Shown: positions 19,645-31,377, counted from the stretch's first letter. The stretch: 54,313 nt of DNA from Candidatus Hydrogenedens sp. (GCA_049968235.1 JBMFRC010000022.1:1-54313); one strand, 5' to 3'. Numbers and translations are program-made. Notes: a model not told the origin generated them from the letters alone.

Positions 19645-20100
19645 CTAATTAGCCCTTTTGATTTCCTTGTCCTGGAAATAGATTTTGTCACCGTAAATAT
19701 CACATTCAACGGTATGCGTTTTTCCCTGAAAATCAATAGAAGCTATAAGTTTAGGTCCATTAACGCTCCATCTCCCAACAAGTCGGTCTGTTCCTATCAT
19801 TTGTATTGCAATGGCTCTTAGCTCAGGGGGAACCGTTGCTACTGCCTGTCCCCCAGAATTTAATGTTATTGTTACAGGTGCGGGAATGGAAGGATGTTTT
19901 ACGACCCATGATGTCCCTGCTAAATTTGTTTCATTAAGTAATGGAGGAGCAGGTTTCGGTTTGTTTCCGGGCTGTGCTGGCTCTTCCTCCGAAGACATAG
20001 CCATCTGTACAACAATTATGTTTTTTATAACGGCTAAAAATGGAACTCCAATTACAAGAAAAATAATCAAAAAGAAAATCCCTAATATTTTTTTATTCAC
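19645..20100 (-). CDS. small secreted/anchored protein (paralog 2 of the preceding gene)
   Basis: Same architecture; LNSGGQAVATVPP...NGPKLIASIDFQGKTHTVECDIYGDKIYFQDK aligns with the paralog 1 C-terminal domain. Confidence 0.5.
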   Translation of the reverse strand: MNKKILGIFFLIIFLVIGVPFLAVIKNIIVVQMAMSSEEEPAQPGNKPKPAPPLLNETNLAGTSWVVKHPSIPAPVTITLNSGGQAVATVPPELRAIAIQMIGTDRLVGRWSVNGPKLIASIDFQGKTHTVECDIYGDKIYFQDKEIKRAN

Positions 20101-20323
20101 TATTAAAGTCTCCTAATAATTAAAAATTCATGTTTTTATGGATATATTAATTTTATAGAATATTATATAATTATATATAAGAACGCACTGAAATTGTAAA
20201 ATGAAATCAAAAAGAAAATAAACACTTGCCTTTTATATAATTTTTTGTTAAACTTCTAACAATTATATCGTATATATTTTAATGCAGATAGTATTCAAAT
20301 AAGGGTCAATCTATTTTTGTGAT

Positions 20324-21112
20324 ATGCGAGCCAAATATTTACAAAAATCCAGTTCGAAATTGCGTGCTATATACAGGTTAGTTTTCCTATTTTTTATTAT
20401 GGCTCCTATTCTGTTTTCCTTTCGCTGTCTGGTCTATCCTATTTCTTTTTTCTCCGAACCAACAGACCGTAAAATCCGACGATACTTATTACATACATGG
20501 GCAAGAATTTTTGTAATGGTTTCGGGAATAGAAGTTCATCTTGAAGGGAATATTCCCGAAGTTCCCTGTTTTATCGTTGCGAACCATATTAGTTATATAG
20601 ATACCCTTTTACTTCACTATGCAACAAAGTGTATTTTTGTAGCACGAGGTGATGTGGAACACTGGCCTGTTATTGGTTTTATTGCCAAAAAACTTTATAT
20701 CATTTTTATTGACCGTTCAAACCGTTTAGATACAAAAAGAGTAAACGAAGAAATTAAACATGCCTTGAAAATGGGTGATGGAGTGGCAGTCTTTGCAGAA
20801 AGTCGAATTTCATGTGGAAAAGATGTCCAGCCTTTTCGCCCCGCACTTTTAAGTGCTCCTATAGAATGTAATATGCCAGTACATTATGCAAGTATTACTT
20901 ATGAGGCAATAGAGGGAACGCCACCAATAAGTTATTTCGTTGCATGGTGGAGACCCGAACCCTTTACTTACCATCTTCTGAGATTGTTAGGTTATCGAGG
21001 ATTTAAAGCACGCGTTATTTTCGGAGAACAACCTATATATGGAACCGACCGAAAGGAATTGGCAAATCATCTCTGGCAAAATGTGCGAAAAAATTTTATA
21101 CCTATACATTAG
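20324..21112 (+). CDS. 1-acyl-sn-glycerol-3-phosphate acyltransferase-like (LPLAT/PlsC family)
   Basis: N-terminal TM segment, then FIVANHISYIDTLLL (HxxxxD acyltransferase motif) and VAVFAES. Confidence 0.8.
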   Translation: MRAKYLQKSSSKLRAIYRLVFLFFIMAPILFSFRCLVYPISFFSEPTDRKIRRYLLHTWARIFVMVSGIEVHLEGNIPEVPCFIVANHISYIDTLLLHYATKCIFVARGDVEHWPVIGFIAKKLYIIFIDRSNRLDTKRVNEEIKHALKMGDGVAVFAESRISCGKDVQPFRPALLSAPIECNMPVHYASITYEAIEGTPPISYFVAWWRPEPFTYHLLRLLGYRGFKARVIFGEQPIYGTDRKELANHLWQNVRKNFIPIH

Positions 21113-21123
21113 GGAAGAGGAAA

Positions 21124-22422
21124 ATGATGAATAAAATCGTTATATCAAAGGGAGAAAGCAGTCAGATTTCCAAAGAAATTATCCAGAATATAAAAAATAT
21201 CTTAGAAAAATTTGGTCCACGGGAACCCGGTTCGGAAAGTGAATATAAGACTCAAGAATATTTAGCAGAAGAATTGAGTAAATATACCAATTCTGTGGTT
21301 ATAGAACCTTTCACTGTGGCTCCAATGGGTCTTCTTTTTTTCTTCCCTGTAACGGGTATTATCGTTTTTTTTAGTTCCGCTATACTCAATCATCAACCCT
21401 ATATTGCATTTTTGGGATTAGTTATTTCCTTGGCAATTATTTGGTTCCAATTCGGACAATACCGAAAGTTATTAGATCCGTTTCTTCCTAAGAGACAATC
21501 CAATAATGTCTGTGCCCGATGGAGCCCTTCAGGGAAAAATATAACTCAACGAATTATTTTATGTGGTCATGCAGATAGTGCTTATGAAATGCGATATAAC
21601 CAATGGGGGAGATTATATATAAAACTTGCGGTTGTATCTATGATAATAAGCATGCTGGTACTACTTTTCCTATCCTTACTTTTTTCGTATGAATATTTCA
21701 AAGGAGAGGAATTATCATTTATCCCGGATAGTGTCCAAAAATTTACCTTTTTATTTGGAATTATATATGGTTTGATTGCAGTTTCTTTTATAAGATTTTC
21801 GCGAGTAGTTCCCGGTGCCAATGACAACTTGACTGGAAGTGTTACTGCCGTTGAAGTATTAAAATGGTTTTCTAAACATCCTTTAGAAATACAAAATACG
21901 GAAATTGTATGTTTAATAACAGGTAGTGAAGAGGCTGGTTTACGCGGTGCTATGGCTTTTGTTGAAAACCATAAAGAAGAACTAAAAAATCTTCCTACCG
22001 TTGCTCTATCTATTGATACTTTAGGTGATTTTGCTGAATTGGGAGTTATTGTTCGCGATTTAAATGGTTTATTAGCTCATCATAGAGGAGTTATTTCACT
22101 GCTATATCAGGCGGGTTTAGATTGTGGAATTCAGTTAAAACCTATTACTGTATTCTTAGGCTCTTCCGATGCCACCGCTTTTACTCGTGCTGGTATCCCT
22201 GCTTCCGGTTTGGTTGCTATGGACCCCGGGCCAGCTCATTATTACCATACGCGATATGACACAGCAGATGTCTTGAACGAAGAAACATTATCTACGGGAT
22301 TTACTATCCTTATACAGGCAGTTAAAAACTACGACACTTATGGACTACCAGAAAAAGGATATATTCCTGTCCCTCAGAAGAAACGGCAATTAGAAAAATC
22401 AGAAGAGTTGGCAGTTGGATAG
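21124..22422 (+). CDS. M28-family zinc peptidase with inserted transmembrane segments
   Basis: ILCGHADSAYEM (H.D), ANDNLTGSVTAV (D), GSEEAGLRGA (EE) and HTRYD (H) are M28 metal ligands. There are multiple hydrophobic helices between the N-terminal and catalytic parts. Confidence 0.75.
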   Translation: MMNKIVISKGESSQISKEIIQNIKNILEKFGPREPGSESEYKTQEYLAEELSKYTNSVVIEPFTVAPMGLLFFFPVTGIIVFFSSAILNHQPYIAFLGLVISLAIIWFQFGQYRKLLDPFLPKRQSNNVCARWSPSGKNITQRIILCGHADSAYEMRYNQWGRLYIKLAVVSMIISMLVLLFLSLLFSYEYFKGEELSFIPDSVQKFTFLFGIIYGLIAVSFIRFSRVVPGANDNLTGSVTAVEVLKWFSKHPLEIQNTEIVCLITGSEEAGLRGAMAFVENHKEELKNLPTVALSIDTLGDFAELGVIVRDLNGLLAHHRGVISLLYQAGLDCGIQLKPITVFLGSSDATAFTRAGIPASGLVAMDPGPAHYYHTRYDTADVLNEETLSTGFTILIQAVKNYDTYGLPEKGYIPVPQKKRQLEKSEELAVG

Positions 22423-22456
22423 GTTTTCCCAAAACAATTTTATAAGTTTGCGAGCC

Positions 22457-22700
22457 CTGAACAAGTGGTTTAAGAGGCAGGGTATAAATTATACATGTTT
22501 TTACGAGATAGAATCCCGATGAGAAATTAAAATACAAGAGTCCGTGTCTCACTTTTCATATTTTATTTGCTATTTTCTGTTCGTTTTTCTATCTTTTTGT
22601 TATCTATACATATCACTCATTATACATCCGTTTTAATTATATACAGTCATTAACAAGAAATGATATGCTCCTCTCTCTATCCCTCTCCGTGTTCTCCGTG
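22457..22700 (+). repeat. dispersed ~250-bp intergenic repeat, copy A
   Basis: About 80% identical by eye to 31122..31377. Shared blocks include GTATAAATTATACAT, TTACGAGATARAATCC, ATGAGAAATTAAAATACAAGAG, CGTTTTTCTATCTTTTTGTTATCTAT and ATTAACAAGAAATGATAT.CTCCTCTCTCT. Confidence 0.8.
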
Positions 22701-23054
22701 CCCTTCTGTGTTCTCCGTTATATTTCAGTTAAAAATCATATTTTAGGATCGAATAATCACTTGCCTCAATAAATCCACACACTTTATCTATATCGACCCT
22801 TTATGAAATGGAAGCATACACATAAATGAACGCAAACAAATAAACACACAGGTTTGCCTGTTTGATGTGTATATTTTGGGTTCTTTGTTTAGAAGTGCGA
22901 TGATGTTACAAATGTAAGATTTTTTATTAAATTGCAATTATTCATGCAAAAATAAGATAATATACGATGTGTTTTTTGAGTTAGATAATCTTTCTAATAG
23001 GAATTTTTGTTTTTAGCAAAATTCTAATATAAAACTGATTAATGGAGTAAAATT

Positions 23055-26000
23055 ATGAACAGACCAATGTATACACTTGATGGTAACGAAGCGGTTGCCA
23101 CTATTGCTTATCAGGTAAATGACGCTGCTGCTATTTATCCTATTACCCCGTCTTCTCCAATGGGCGAATTTATGGACCAATGGGCAGCAGAGGGCAGGAA
23201 AAATATATGGGGGAATATTCCCCAAGTGGTGGAGATGCAAAGCGAAGCCGGAGCCGCGGGTGCTGTTCACGGAGCCTTGCAAGCAGGTGCTATTACAACC
23301 ACATTTACAGCTTCGCAAGGTTTAATGCTTATGTTGCCGAATATGTACAAAATTGCCGGTGAACTCACTCCTACTGTATTTCATGTTTCGGCTCGTTCCC
23401 TTGCTATTCATGCTCTTTCCATTTTTGGAGACCATTCAGATGTTATGGCAGCCCGCACAACGGGTTTTGCCCTTTTGGCTTCTGCTTCTGTACAGGAAGC
23501 AATGGATTTTGCTTTAATTGCCCAGTCATCGACATTAAAATCAAGAATTCCATTTCTGCATTTCTTTGATGGTTTCCGCACTTCTCATGAAGTTGTGAAA
23601 ATAGAAATGCTTACTCAGGAAGATATAAGAGCTATGATAGATGAAGAATATGTTCGGGCACATCGGGAAAGAGCCTTAAATCCTGATAAACCTATAATTC
23701 GTGGAACCGCTCAAAACCCGGATGTGTATTTTCAGGGTAGAGAGACCTGTAATCCATATTATTTATCATGCCCTGCTATTGTTCAGGAATATATGGACCG
23801 TTTTGCAAAAATCACAGGTAGGCAATATCATCTCTTTGACTATATAGGTGCTCCCGATGCAGAAAGGATATTGATACTAATGGGTTCCGGCTGTGAAGCA
23901 GTAACAGAAACCATTGATTATCTCGTAAGTAAAGGAGAAAAAGTCGGTGCTATAAAAGTCCGTCTCTATCGTCCGTTCAATGTTCAGGCTTTTATTAAAA
24001 CAATACCTGCTTCCGTAAAGAAAATAGCGGTATTAGACCGTTGTAAAGAATCCGGTGCACCTGGAGAACCTCTTTATCTGGATGTTGTAAATGCAATTAC
24101 TGAAGCCTATACAAACGGTGAAATTAAAGTAATTCCAAAGATTATCGGTGGCAGATATGGACTTTCTTCCAAAGAATTTACCCCTGCAATGATTAAAGGT
24201 GTTCTGGATGAATTATCTAAAGATAAACCCAAAAATCATTTTACTGTTGGAATTCAAGATGATGTAACGCATACCAGCATTGACTACGACCCCAGTTTCT
24301 CAACCGAAGACCCCAGTGTGGTTCGGGCTGTTTTCTATGGGTTAGGTTCTGATGGAACTATAGGAGCCAACAAAAACTCCATCAAGATTATCGGTGAAGA
24401 TACTCCGAACTATGCTCAAGGATACTTCGTTTACGACTCTAAAAAGTCGGGGTCAATGACAGTGTCCCATCTACGGTTTGGACCAAAAGAAATTCATTCA
24501 AACTATCTTATTACGCGGGCTAATTTTGTAGCATGTCACCAATTCAGTTTCATCGAAAAATATGATATATTAAAACTGGCAGAAAACAATGCTATTTTCT
24601 TACTAAATAGCCCTTATGGTCCCGATGATGTGTGGAACTACTTACCCAAAACCACCCAAAAACGCATAATTGATAAGAAAATCAAGTTCTATGTAATTGA
24701 TGCTGTGAAAGTTGCTCGCGACGCTGGAATGGGTGGAAGAATTAATACCATTATGCAGACTTGCTTTTTTGCTATTAGTGGAATTTTACCGCGAGATAAA
24801 GCGATAAAAGCCATTAAAGATTCTATAAAGAAAACCTATGGGAAACGCGGAGAAGCCATTGTCCAGAAGAATTGGCAGGCTGTCGATATGACATTAGACC
24901 ATCTTCATGAAGTTCAAGTGCCAGACCAGGTAACCAGTTCATTCGATTTTGCACCACCTATTCCCGATGAAGCTCCAGATTTTGTAAGAAATGTGTTGTC
25001 AAAAATTATTGCAGGAGAAGGTGACGAAATTCCTGTAAGTCAACTACCAGTAGATGGAACATTCCCTACGGGAACTACTAAATGGGAAAAACGGAATATT
25101 GGTCTCGAAATCCCTGTATGGGACCCCGAGGTTTGTATCCAATGTGGCAAGTGTGTGATGGTGTGTCCGCATGCGGTTATCCGTGCAAAAATATATGACC
25201 CGAAATATTTAGAAAAAGCACCACCTACCTTCAAATCAACAGAACCCAAGTGGAAAGAGTATAAACATCTACGATATACATTACAGGTGTCTCCAGAGGA
25301 CTGCACAGGTTGCGGATTATGTTATGAAGTTTGTATTGCGAAGAATAAGAAAGAAGTAAAAAATCGTGGTGTAACAATGCAACCCCAGGCACCCCTTCGG
25401 GAAATGGAACGGGAAAACTGGAACTTCTTTGAAACTATCCCTTATATTGAGAGGTCTCAGGTTAACTTAAATCTGGTCAAAGATATTCAATTGCTTCAAC
25501 CCCTTTTTGAATTCTCAGGTGCTTGTGCCGGCTGTGGTGAAACACCGTATGTGAAATTGATGTCCCAGTTATTTGGTGACCGGATGTTAATTGCCAATGC
25601 AACCGGCTGTTCTTCAATTTATGGTGGAAATTTACCTACAACGCCATGGACTACCAATGCAGAAGGTAAAGGTCCTGCATGGAGTAATTCGTTATTTGAA
25701 GACAATGCAGAATTTGGTATGGGAATAAGAGTGGCGGTAGATACGCAATTAAGTTATGCACAGTATCTTCTGAAACAATTAGAAACGCAGATAGGGACAG
25801 AATTGATTTCCGCTTTATTAACAGCCAACCAGACAACAGAAGAGGGAATTAAAGCCCAGAGAGAGCGTGTAAACATTCTTAAACAAAAATTAAGTAATTT
25901 AGATAATCCTCTTGCGAAGGAATTATTATCTGTTGCAGATGTTCTTGTTAAAAGAAGTGTATGGGTTCTCGGCGGTGATGGTTGGGCTTATGACATTGGT

Positions 26001-26669
26001 TACGGTGGACTTGACCATGTAATTGCGTCTAATCGTGATATAAATATTTTAGTTTTAGACACAGAAGTATATTCTAACACGGGTGGACAATGTTCAAAAG
26101 CAACACCTCGTGCTGCAGTTGCTAAATTTGCTGCAGGTGGGAAACCTGCTCCTAAGAAAGACCTCGCTCTGATGGCAATGACTTATGGCACCTGCTATGT
26201 AGCAAGAGTTTCAATGGGTGCCAATGATGCTCATACTGTAAAAGCCTTCCGTGAAGCAGAAGCCTATCCTGGACCTTCTTTAATTATCGCTTATTGCCAT
26301 TGTATTGCTCATGGTTACAACCTTATTATGGGGTTAGAGCAACAAAAGAAAGCAGTAGCCACAGGTCATTGGCAACTTGTGCGGTATAACCCACTACTAT
26401 TGAATGAAGGTAAGAACCCACTTCAATTAGACTCAAAAGGTCCTTCTATGCCATTACAGGAATATGTATATAATGAGACCCGTTATAAAATGTTATCCTT
26501 AAGCAATCCTGAAATGGCTAAAACGCTCCTGGATGAGGCTCAACGGGATGTAAGGATGCGCTGGAAATTATATGAATACTTAGCATCTATGACTTGTGAT
26601 GAACTACAATCAGAAATGAAAAATATTCAAGAAACCGTGGTAGAAAACCAAAATAATGGTATAAGATAA
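23055..26669 (+). CDS. nifJ: pyruvate:ferredoxin (flavodoxin) oxidoreductase
   Basis: 1204 aa. Canonical PFOR N-terminus [38 protein letters not shown], two 4Fe-4S ferredoxin motifs ([12 protein letters not shown]; [11 protein letters not shown]), and a TPP domain [10 protein letters not shown]. Confidence 0.95.
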   Translation: MNRPMYTLDGNEAVATIAYQVNDAAAIYPITPSSPMGEFMDQWAAEGRKNIWGNIPQVVEMQSEAGAAGAVHGALQAGAITTTFTASQGLMLMLPNMYKIAGELTPTVFHVSARSLAIHALSIFGDHSDVMAARTTGFALLASASVQEAMDFALIAQSSTLKSRIPFLHFFDGFRTSHEVVKIEMLTQEDIRAMIDEEYVRAHRERALNPDKPIIRGTAQNPDVYFQGRETCNPYYLSCPAIVQEYMDRFAKITGRQYHLFDYIGAPDAERILILMGSGCEAVTETIDYLVSKGEKVGAIKVRLYRPFNVQAFIKTIPASVKKIAVLDRCKESGAPGEPLYLDVVNAITEAYTNGEIKVIPKIIGGRYGLSSKEFTPAMIKGVLDELSKDKPKNHFTVGIQDDVTHTSIDYDPSFSTEDPSVVRAVFYGLGSDGTIGANKNSIKIIGEDTPNYAQGYFVYDSKKSGSMTVSHLRFGPKEIHSNYLITRANFVACHQFSFIEKYDILKLAENNAIFLLNSPYGPDDVWNYLPKTTQKRIIDKKIKFYVIDAVKVARDAGMGGRINTIMQTCFFAISGILPRDKAIKAIKDSIKKTYGKRGEAIVQKNWQAVDMTLDHLHEVQVPDQVTSSFDFAPPIPDEAPDFVRNVLSKIIAGEGDEIPVSQLPVDGTFPTGTTKWEKRNIGLEIPVWDPEVCIQCGKCVMVCPHAVIRAKIYDPKYLEKAPPTFKSTEPKWKEYKHLRYTLQVSPEDCTGCGLCYEVCIAKNKKEVKNRGVTMQPQAPLREMERENWNFFETIPYIERSQVNLNLVKDIQLLQPLFEFSGACAGCGETPYVKLMSQLFGDRMLIANATGCSSIYGGNLPTTPWTTNAEGKGPAWSNSLFEDNAEFGMGIRVAVDTQLSYAQYLLKQLETQIGTELISALLTANQTTEEGIKAQRERVNILKQKLSNLDNPLAKELLSVADVLVKRSVWVLGGDGWAYDIGYGGLDHVIASNRDINILVLDTEVYSNTGGQCSKATPRAAVAKFAAGGKPAPKKDLALMAMTYGTCYVARVSMGANDAHTVKAFREAEAYPGPSLIIAYCHCIAHGYNLIMGLEQQKKAVATGHWQLVRYNPLLLNEGKNPLQLDSKGPSMPLQEYVYNETRYKMLSLSNPEMAKTLLDEAQRDVRMRWKLYEYLASMTCDELQSEMKNIQETVVENQNNGIR

Positions 26670-26680
26670 GGAGTTGGAAA

Positions 26681-27682
26681 ATGGTAGATTTAACAACAAA
26701 CTATATCGGATTGAAACTCAGAAACCCCCTTGTTGTTTCACCTTCCCCTTTGTGTGACAACATTGATAACATAAAACGAATGGAAGATAGAGGTGCTTCC
26801 GCTGTTGTTTTACATTCATTATTTGAAGAACAAATTACTTTATTAAGCCATGAATTAGATACCAATCTTTCGTATGGTGCTGAGAGTTTTGCAGAAGCCA
26901 TTACCTATTTCCCCGACTTAGGTGATTTTCGTATGGGTCCCGATGCTTATCTGGAGCATATATATAAAGCAAAGCAATCCGTTTCCATTCCTATTATGGG
27001 TAGTTTAAATGGCGTATCAAAGGGGGGGTGGATTGAATATGCCAAGAAGATTCAAGAAGCCGGTGCGGATGCCCTTGAACTCAATATCTATTTTATTCCT
27101 ACCGACCCTAATCTAACAAGTGATTATGTCTCCAATATGTATGTTGAACTGGTTAAAGAAATTAGAAAAGTAGTTACTATTCCCTTAGCCGTCAAAATAG
27201 GTCCTTATTTCAGTTCTCTGCCGAATGTGGCTAAAAGACTGGCTGAAGCCGGTGCCAATGCTCTGGTTTTCTTTAATCGTTTTTATCAACCCGATTTTGA
27301 CCTTGATAATTTAGAAGTTACCCCTCATATCAATCTTAGCACATCCAATACTTTATTACTTCGCTTACGCTGGGTGGCTATTCTATATAGTAGGATTCCT
27401 ATTGATTTTGCAATTACAGGTGGAGTTCATACAGCAGAAGATGTAATAAAATCCATGATGGCAGGCGCAAAAGTATCTATGATGACTTCAGCACTGCTAA
27501 AATTTGGCATACCTCATTTATCAACCGTTCTGAAAAAATTAGAACAATGGATGAATGAACACGAGTACGATTCTATTGAAATAATGCAGGGAAGTATGAG
27601 CCAGAAGTCGGTAAACGAACCTGCTGCATTTGAACGGGCAAATTACATGCATGCAATTACTCGCTATACCGCAGGGAGTTAA
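26681..27682 (+). CDS. dihydroorotate dehydrogenase-family TIM-barrel flavoprotein (PyrD/PreA-like), function uncertain
   Basis: [14 protein letters not shown], a central Lys-containing loop and C-terminal GGV...G resemble DHOD class 1 / dihydropyrimidine dehydrogenase catalytic barrels. There is no Fe-S C-terminus. Confidence 0.6.
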   Translation: MVDLTTNYIGLKLRNPLVVSPSPLCDNIDNIKRMEDRGASAVVLHSLFEEQITLLSHELDTNLSYGAESFAEAITYFPDLGDFRMGPDAYLEHIYKAKQSVSIPIMGSLNGVSKGGWIEYAKKIQEAGADALELNIYFIPTDPNLTSDYVSNMYVELVKEIRKVVTIPLAVKIGPYFSSLPNVAKRLAEAGANALVFFNRFYQPDFDLDNLEVTPHINLSTSNTLLLRLRWVAILYSRIPIDFAITGGVHTAEDVIKSMMAGAKVSMMTSALLKFGIPHLSTVLKKLEQWMNEHEYDSIEIMQGSMSQKSVNEPAAFERANYMHAITRYTAGS

Positions 27683-27749
27683 TTGAGCATAACGCATATT
27701 AAAAATATTTCAATCATTAATAACTGTTTCCTTTTGTTAATTTTATAAA

Positions 27750-29897
27750 ATGGCTTCTTTAAATCCTGACCAAATAAAGGCTGTTCATGCGAATGAATCG
27801 GCTGTGTTAGTTTTATCGGGGGCTGGAACAGGAAAAACAAGGGTTATCGTCGAACATATTATCTGGCTGATAAATGAGATGGGAATTTCTCCGGAGCGAA
27901 TTCTTGCAGTTACCTTTACCAACAAATCTGCCGGTGAGATGAAGAAAAGAGTTCTTGCCCGAATTAATCAAACAGAAAAACAGCCATGGGTAGGAACATT
28001 TCATTCGTTCGGACTACAATTTCTACGGAAATATGCTTCTCACATCAATCTCAAAAATAATTTCATACTTATAGATGATGATGACCAGATTTCACTTCTG
28101 AAAAAAATTTTGAAATCGAACCCTATCCTTTTAGAGCAATTTACACCCCGTGATGTTCAGGTTTGGATAAGTAGATACAAACAAAATATTTCCGAGCCTA
28201 AAGATAGCAAGATAACTCCACCCAATTCCCATTTCCTTAAACTTTGGGATATATATCAGAATACTTTATATTCACAAAGTATGGTGGATTTCGATGATTT
28301 AATTTCTCTCCCTGTAAAAATCTTGGAAGAACACAGTTCCATTCGTGAAAGAATGCACCATTACTTTACGGATATATTGGTTGATGAATTTCAGGATACA
28401 AATCATGCCCAATTTCGCCTTGTCCAGGCATTAAAAGGCACACATAATCGTGTCTTTGTCGTAGGTGATGAAGACCAATGTATTTATTCCTGGCGAGGGA
28501 GTGATTTGAATAATATACTGAATTTCCCCCAAATTTTTCCAGGTACTGCTATATATAGGTTAGAACAAAATTACCGTAGTACAAAGAATATTTTATTGTT
28601 AGCTAACAAATTAGTTGAACATAACGAAAACCGTTTGGGTAAAAAACTATGGACTAAAAATGACGAAGGGGAAAAAGTTCAATTTTACTGGGCGAATACA
28701 GATGAAGAAGAAGCAGAATGGATTGCCAATGATATACAAAAAAATCAGTATCCTCTGGAAGAAGTTGCCATCCTATTCCGTACCAACCATCAGTCTCGCC
28801 CTTTTGAAGAATCTTTCCGAAAAAGAGGTATTCCACATATTGTCATCGGGGGTATTCGTTTCTATGCCCGAAAAGAAATCAAAGATATTATTGCCTACCT
28901 TCGTCTTATTACTAATGAAGAAGATGACGATGCATTCCGCCGAATTGTAAATGTTCCTCCCCGCAATTTAGGACAGGTAAGTCTGCAACAAATTGAAGTA
29001 TACGCAAAACAAAGACAAAAACCTTTGTTCCATGTTTTACAGTTTATCGAACACGACGAAACTTTTCCTCTACGAATACGAAAATCCATCAAAGAATTTG
29101 TGGACTTGATAAATGAAGTAAAATTAGTTTCAAAAGAAAAAACAGTAGGGGAAATTGTTAAATATTTACTTGAAAAAATAAACTATTGGGAATATATAAA
29201 TAATATTGCAGAAAAAGAAGGGAAAGACCGCGAAAAAAGTATTCATGAATTTATTACTATATGTGAACAAAATTCTGCAAAAGAAAAATCCCTTCTTGAA
29301 TTTCTACAAGAATTTGCTCTGTTGTCCGATTTCGATACACAACAACCACAAAAAAATGCCATTCATCTATTAACCTGCCACAGTGCAAAAGGACTCGAAT
29401 TTAACTATGTTTATCTAACAGGTTTAGAAGAAGGTCTGTTTCCATACCTTGATGAAGATGATCCCTATGCAGATATTGAGGAAGAACGGAGACTTTGTTA
29501 TGTGGCTATGACCCGTGCTCGAAAACGACTTGTTCTCTCCGGGTCTGCATCCAGATTATATTATGGCAGGCTAATATCAGATAGACTTATGTCTCGTTTC
29601 CTGCTTGAAATGGACCTAAAGAATGTAGAAGTATATGGTATAAAGAAAAACATGGAAACTAAAAAAGTAATGAATTCCGTGCCAGAGAAAAAATTATCAC
29701 CCATAAAAGAAAAGGAAAAAGGAGAATACCGTTTGGGAACAAGAGTCCGACATGCTAAATTCGGATATGGCGTTGTTTTAAATACAGAGGGTAGTGGCGA
29801 TAAAATGAGGGTAAGAGTTCGTTTCGAATCTGGTAAAATAGCAGTTCTGGTTGTTAATATGGCACCAATGGAAATTATTGAGAGGAGAAAAAATTGA
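27750..29897 (+). CDS. pcrA: ATP-dependent DNA helicase, UvrD/PcrA/Rep family
   Basis: VLSGAGTGKTRV (Walker A), DEFQDTN, LEQNYRS, TCHSAKGLEF, and a C-terminal Tudor-like domain GTRVRHAKFGYGVV. Confidence 0.9.
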   Translation: MASLNPDQIKAVHANESAVLVLSGAGTGKTRVIVEHIIWLINEMGISPERILAVTFTNKSAGEMKKRVLARINQTEKQPWVGTFHSFGLQFLRKYASHINLKNNFILIDDDDQISLLKKILKSNPILLEQFTPRDVQVWISRYKQNISEPKDSKITPPNSHFLKLWDIYQNTLYSQSMVDFDDLISLPVKILEEHSSIRERMHHYFTDILVDEFQDTNHAQFRLVQALKGTHNRVFVVGDEDQCIYSWRGSDLNNILNFPQIFPGTAIYRLEQNYRSTKNILLLANKLVEHNENRLGKKLWTKNDEGEKVQFYWANTDEEEAEWIANDIQKNQYPLEEVAILFRTNHQSRPFEESFRKRGIPHIVIGGIRFYARKEIKDIIAYLRLITNEEDDDAFRRIVNVPPRNLGQVSLQQIEVYAKQRQKPLFHVLQFIEHDETFPLRIRKSIKEFVDLINEVKLVSKEKTVGEIVKYLLEKINYWEYINNIAEKEGKDREKSIHEFITICEQNSAKEKSLLEFLQEFALLSDFDTQQPQKNAIHLLTCHSAKGLEFNYVYLTGLEEGLFPYLDEDDPYADIEEERRLCYVAMTRARKRLVLSGSASRLYYGRLISDRLMSRFLLEMDLKNVEVYGIKKNMETKKVMNSVPEKKLSPIKEKEKGEYRLGTRVRHAKFGYGVVLNTEGSGDKMRVRVRFESGKIAVLVVNMAPMEIIERRKN

Positions 29898-30970
29898 ATA
29901 TTAACGAATTAAGAAAAAAAATCGATGAGATTGACCAGAAAATCATTAGCCTTCTAAATGAACGAGCCTACTGTGCTCAAGAGATAGGCAAAATTAAAAG
30001 TGGTTCACAGGCACCTTTTTATGTACCCGAACGCGAAAAATCCGTAATAGAAAAATTACTACAATCCAATCACGGTCCATTAGATGAACGGGCTATCCGT
30101 TCCATCTATCGCGAAATCATGAGTGCCATCCGTTCCCTTGAAAAACCGACCAGCGTTGCCTTCTTAGGACCTCGCGATACTTTCAGTCACATGGCTGCCT
30201 TACGTGTATTTGGCACCTCCGCCGAATATCATCCATTGCCTTCTTTTGCAGATGTATTTACAGAAGTAGAACGACATCGCATCGATTACGGAGTTGTTCC
30301 TATTGAAAGTTCAACGGGTGGTTCTGTAAGTGATACTCTGGATTTATTTATCAATTCAGAATTGAAGATTATTAATGAAGTTCTCCTCCAAATTTCTCAG
30401 AACCTCCTTGCAAAATGTCCCATTGACCAGGTTCGTCGGGTATATTCAAAAGATAATGCTCTACTTCAATGCAGAAATTGGCTTCGGGCAAATCTCCCCG
30501 GTGTTGAATTAATTGAGGTATCCAGTACCGCAGAAGCCGCAAGACGCGCTTCTCAAGAACCCAATACTTCTGCTATTGCCAGCAAATTAGCCGCAGAAAC
30601 TTATAATCTCGAAATTATCGCAGAACATATTGAAGACATTCCGCATAACTATACAAGGTTTGTCGTTTTAGGACATCAAATTGTAGAGCCTACCGGAGAT
30701 GACAAAACATCGCTCCTTTTATCGGCAAAAGATAAACCCGGAGCCTTGTTCAACCTTCTTATGCCCTTTGCTGAATTTAACATTAATTTAACCCGTATTG
30801 AATCCCGTCCGTCTCGCCAAAAACCCTGGGAATATGTATTCTTCATTGATTTTCTCGGGCATATCAAAGATGAAAAGGTTCACCAAGTTATTGAGGATGT
30901 TAGTGACCGAGCAAGAGACCTGAAAATATTAGGTTCATTCCCTCGTGCTACTATTGAACTCGAAGCATAG
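29894..30970 (+). CDS. pheA: bifunctional chorismate mutase / prephenate dehydratase (P-protein)
   Basis: CM domain ELRKKIDEIDQKIISLLNERA, PDT domain, and C-terminal ACT domain (ESRPS). Confidence 0.9.
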   Translation: MNINELRKKIDEIDQKIISLLNERAYCAQEIGKIKSGSQAPFYVPEREKSVIEKLLQSNHGPLDERAIRSIYREIMSAIRSLEKPTSVAFLGPRDTFSHMAALRVFGTSAEYHPLPSFADVFTEVERHRIDYGVVPIESSTGGSVSDTLDLFINSELKIINEVLLQISQNLLAKCPIDQVRRVYSKDNALLQCRNWLRANLPGVELIEVSSTAEAARRASQEPNTSAIASKLAAETYNLEIIAEHIEDIPHNYTRFVVLGHQIVEPTGDDKTSLLLSAKDKPGALFNLLMPFAEFNINLTRIESRPSRQKPWEYVFFIDFLGHIKDEKVHQVIEDVSDRARDLKILGSFPRATIELEA

Positions 30971-31121
30971 AGATACATAAAAATTGATTATTAATGAGTA
31001 TCGAGGAATAAGTTCTATATCTTCATCTTATTTACACAAACCCATTGACTAACACTATCTTATTTATTTTATCAGACTAATAAAAAAAGACTTGACAAAT
31101 ACTTTATTTTGTATGAGACCT

Positions 31122-31377
31122 CTGAACGATTGTATAAGAGGTCGGAGTATAAATTATACATTTTCTTACGAGATAAAATCCTAATGAGAAATTAAAATAC
31201 AAGAGCCTATATCTCTCTTTTTACCCATTTTATTTGTTATTTTACATCCGTTTTTCTATCTTTTTGTTATCTATGCATATTTTCCCTTTTGCTCTCTTAA
31301 TTTCCCATACATCCTCTTCAAATCATATGCAGTTATTAACAAGAAATGATATACTCCTCTCTCTGTGTCCTCTGTTG
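31122..31377 (+). repeat. dispersed ~250-bp intergenic repeat, copy B (same orientation as copy A)
   Basis: See copy A. It ends in a 16-bp-stem hairpin (31361..31411). Confidence 0.8.

Noticed and set aside
23013-23362. Small ORFs overlapping the PFOR start on both strands
   Set aside because: They are embedded in the conserved PFOR N-terminus and are shadow frames.
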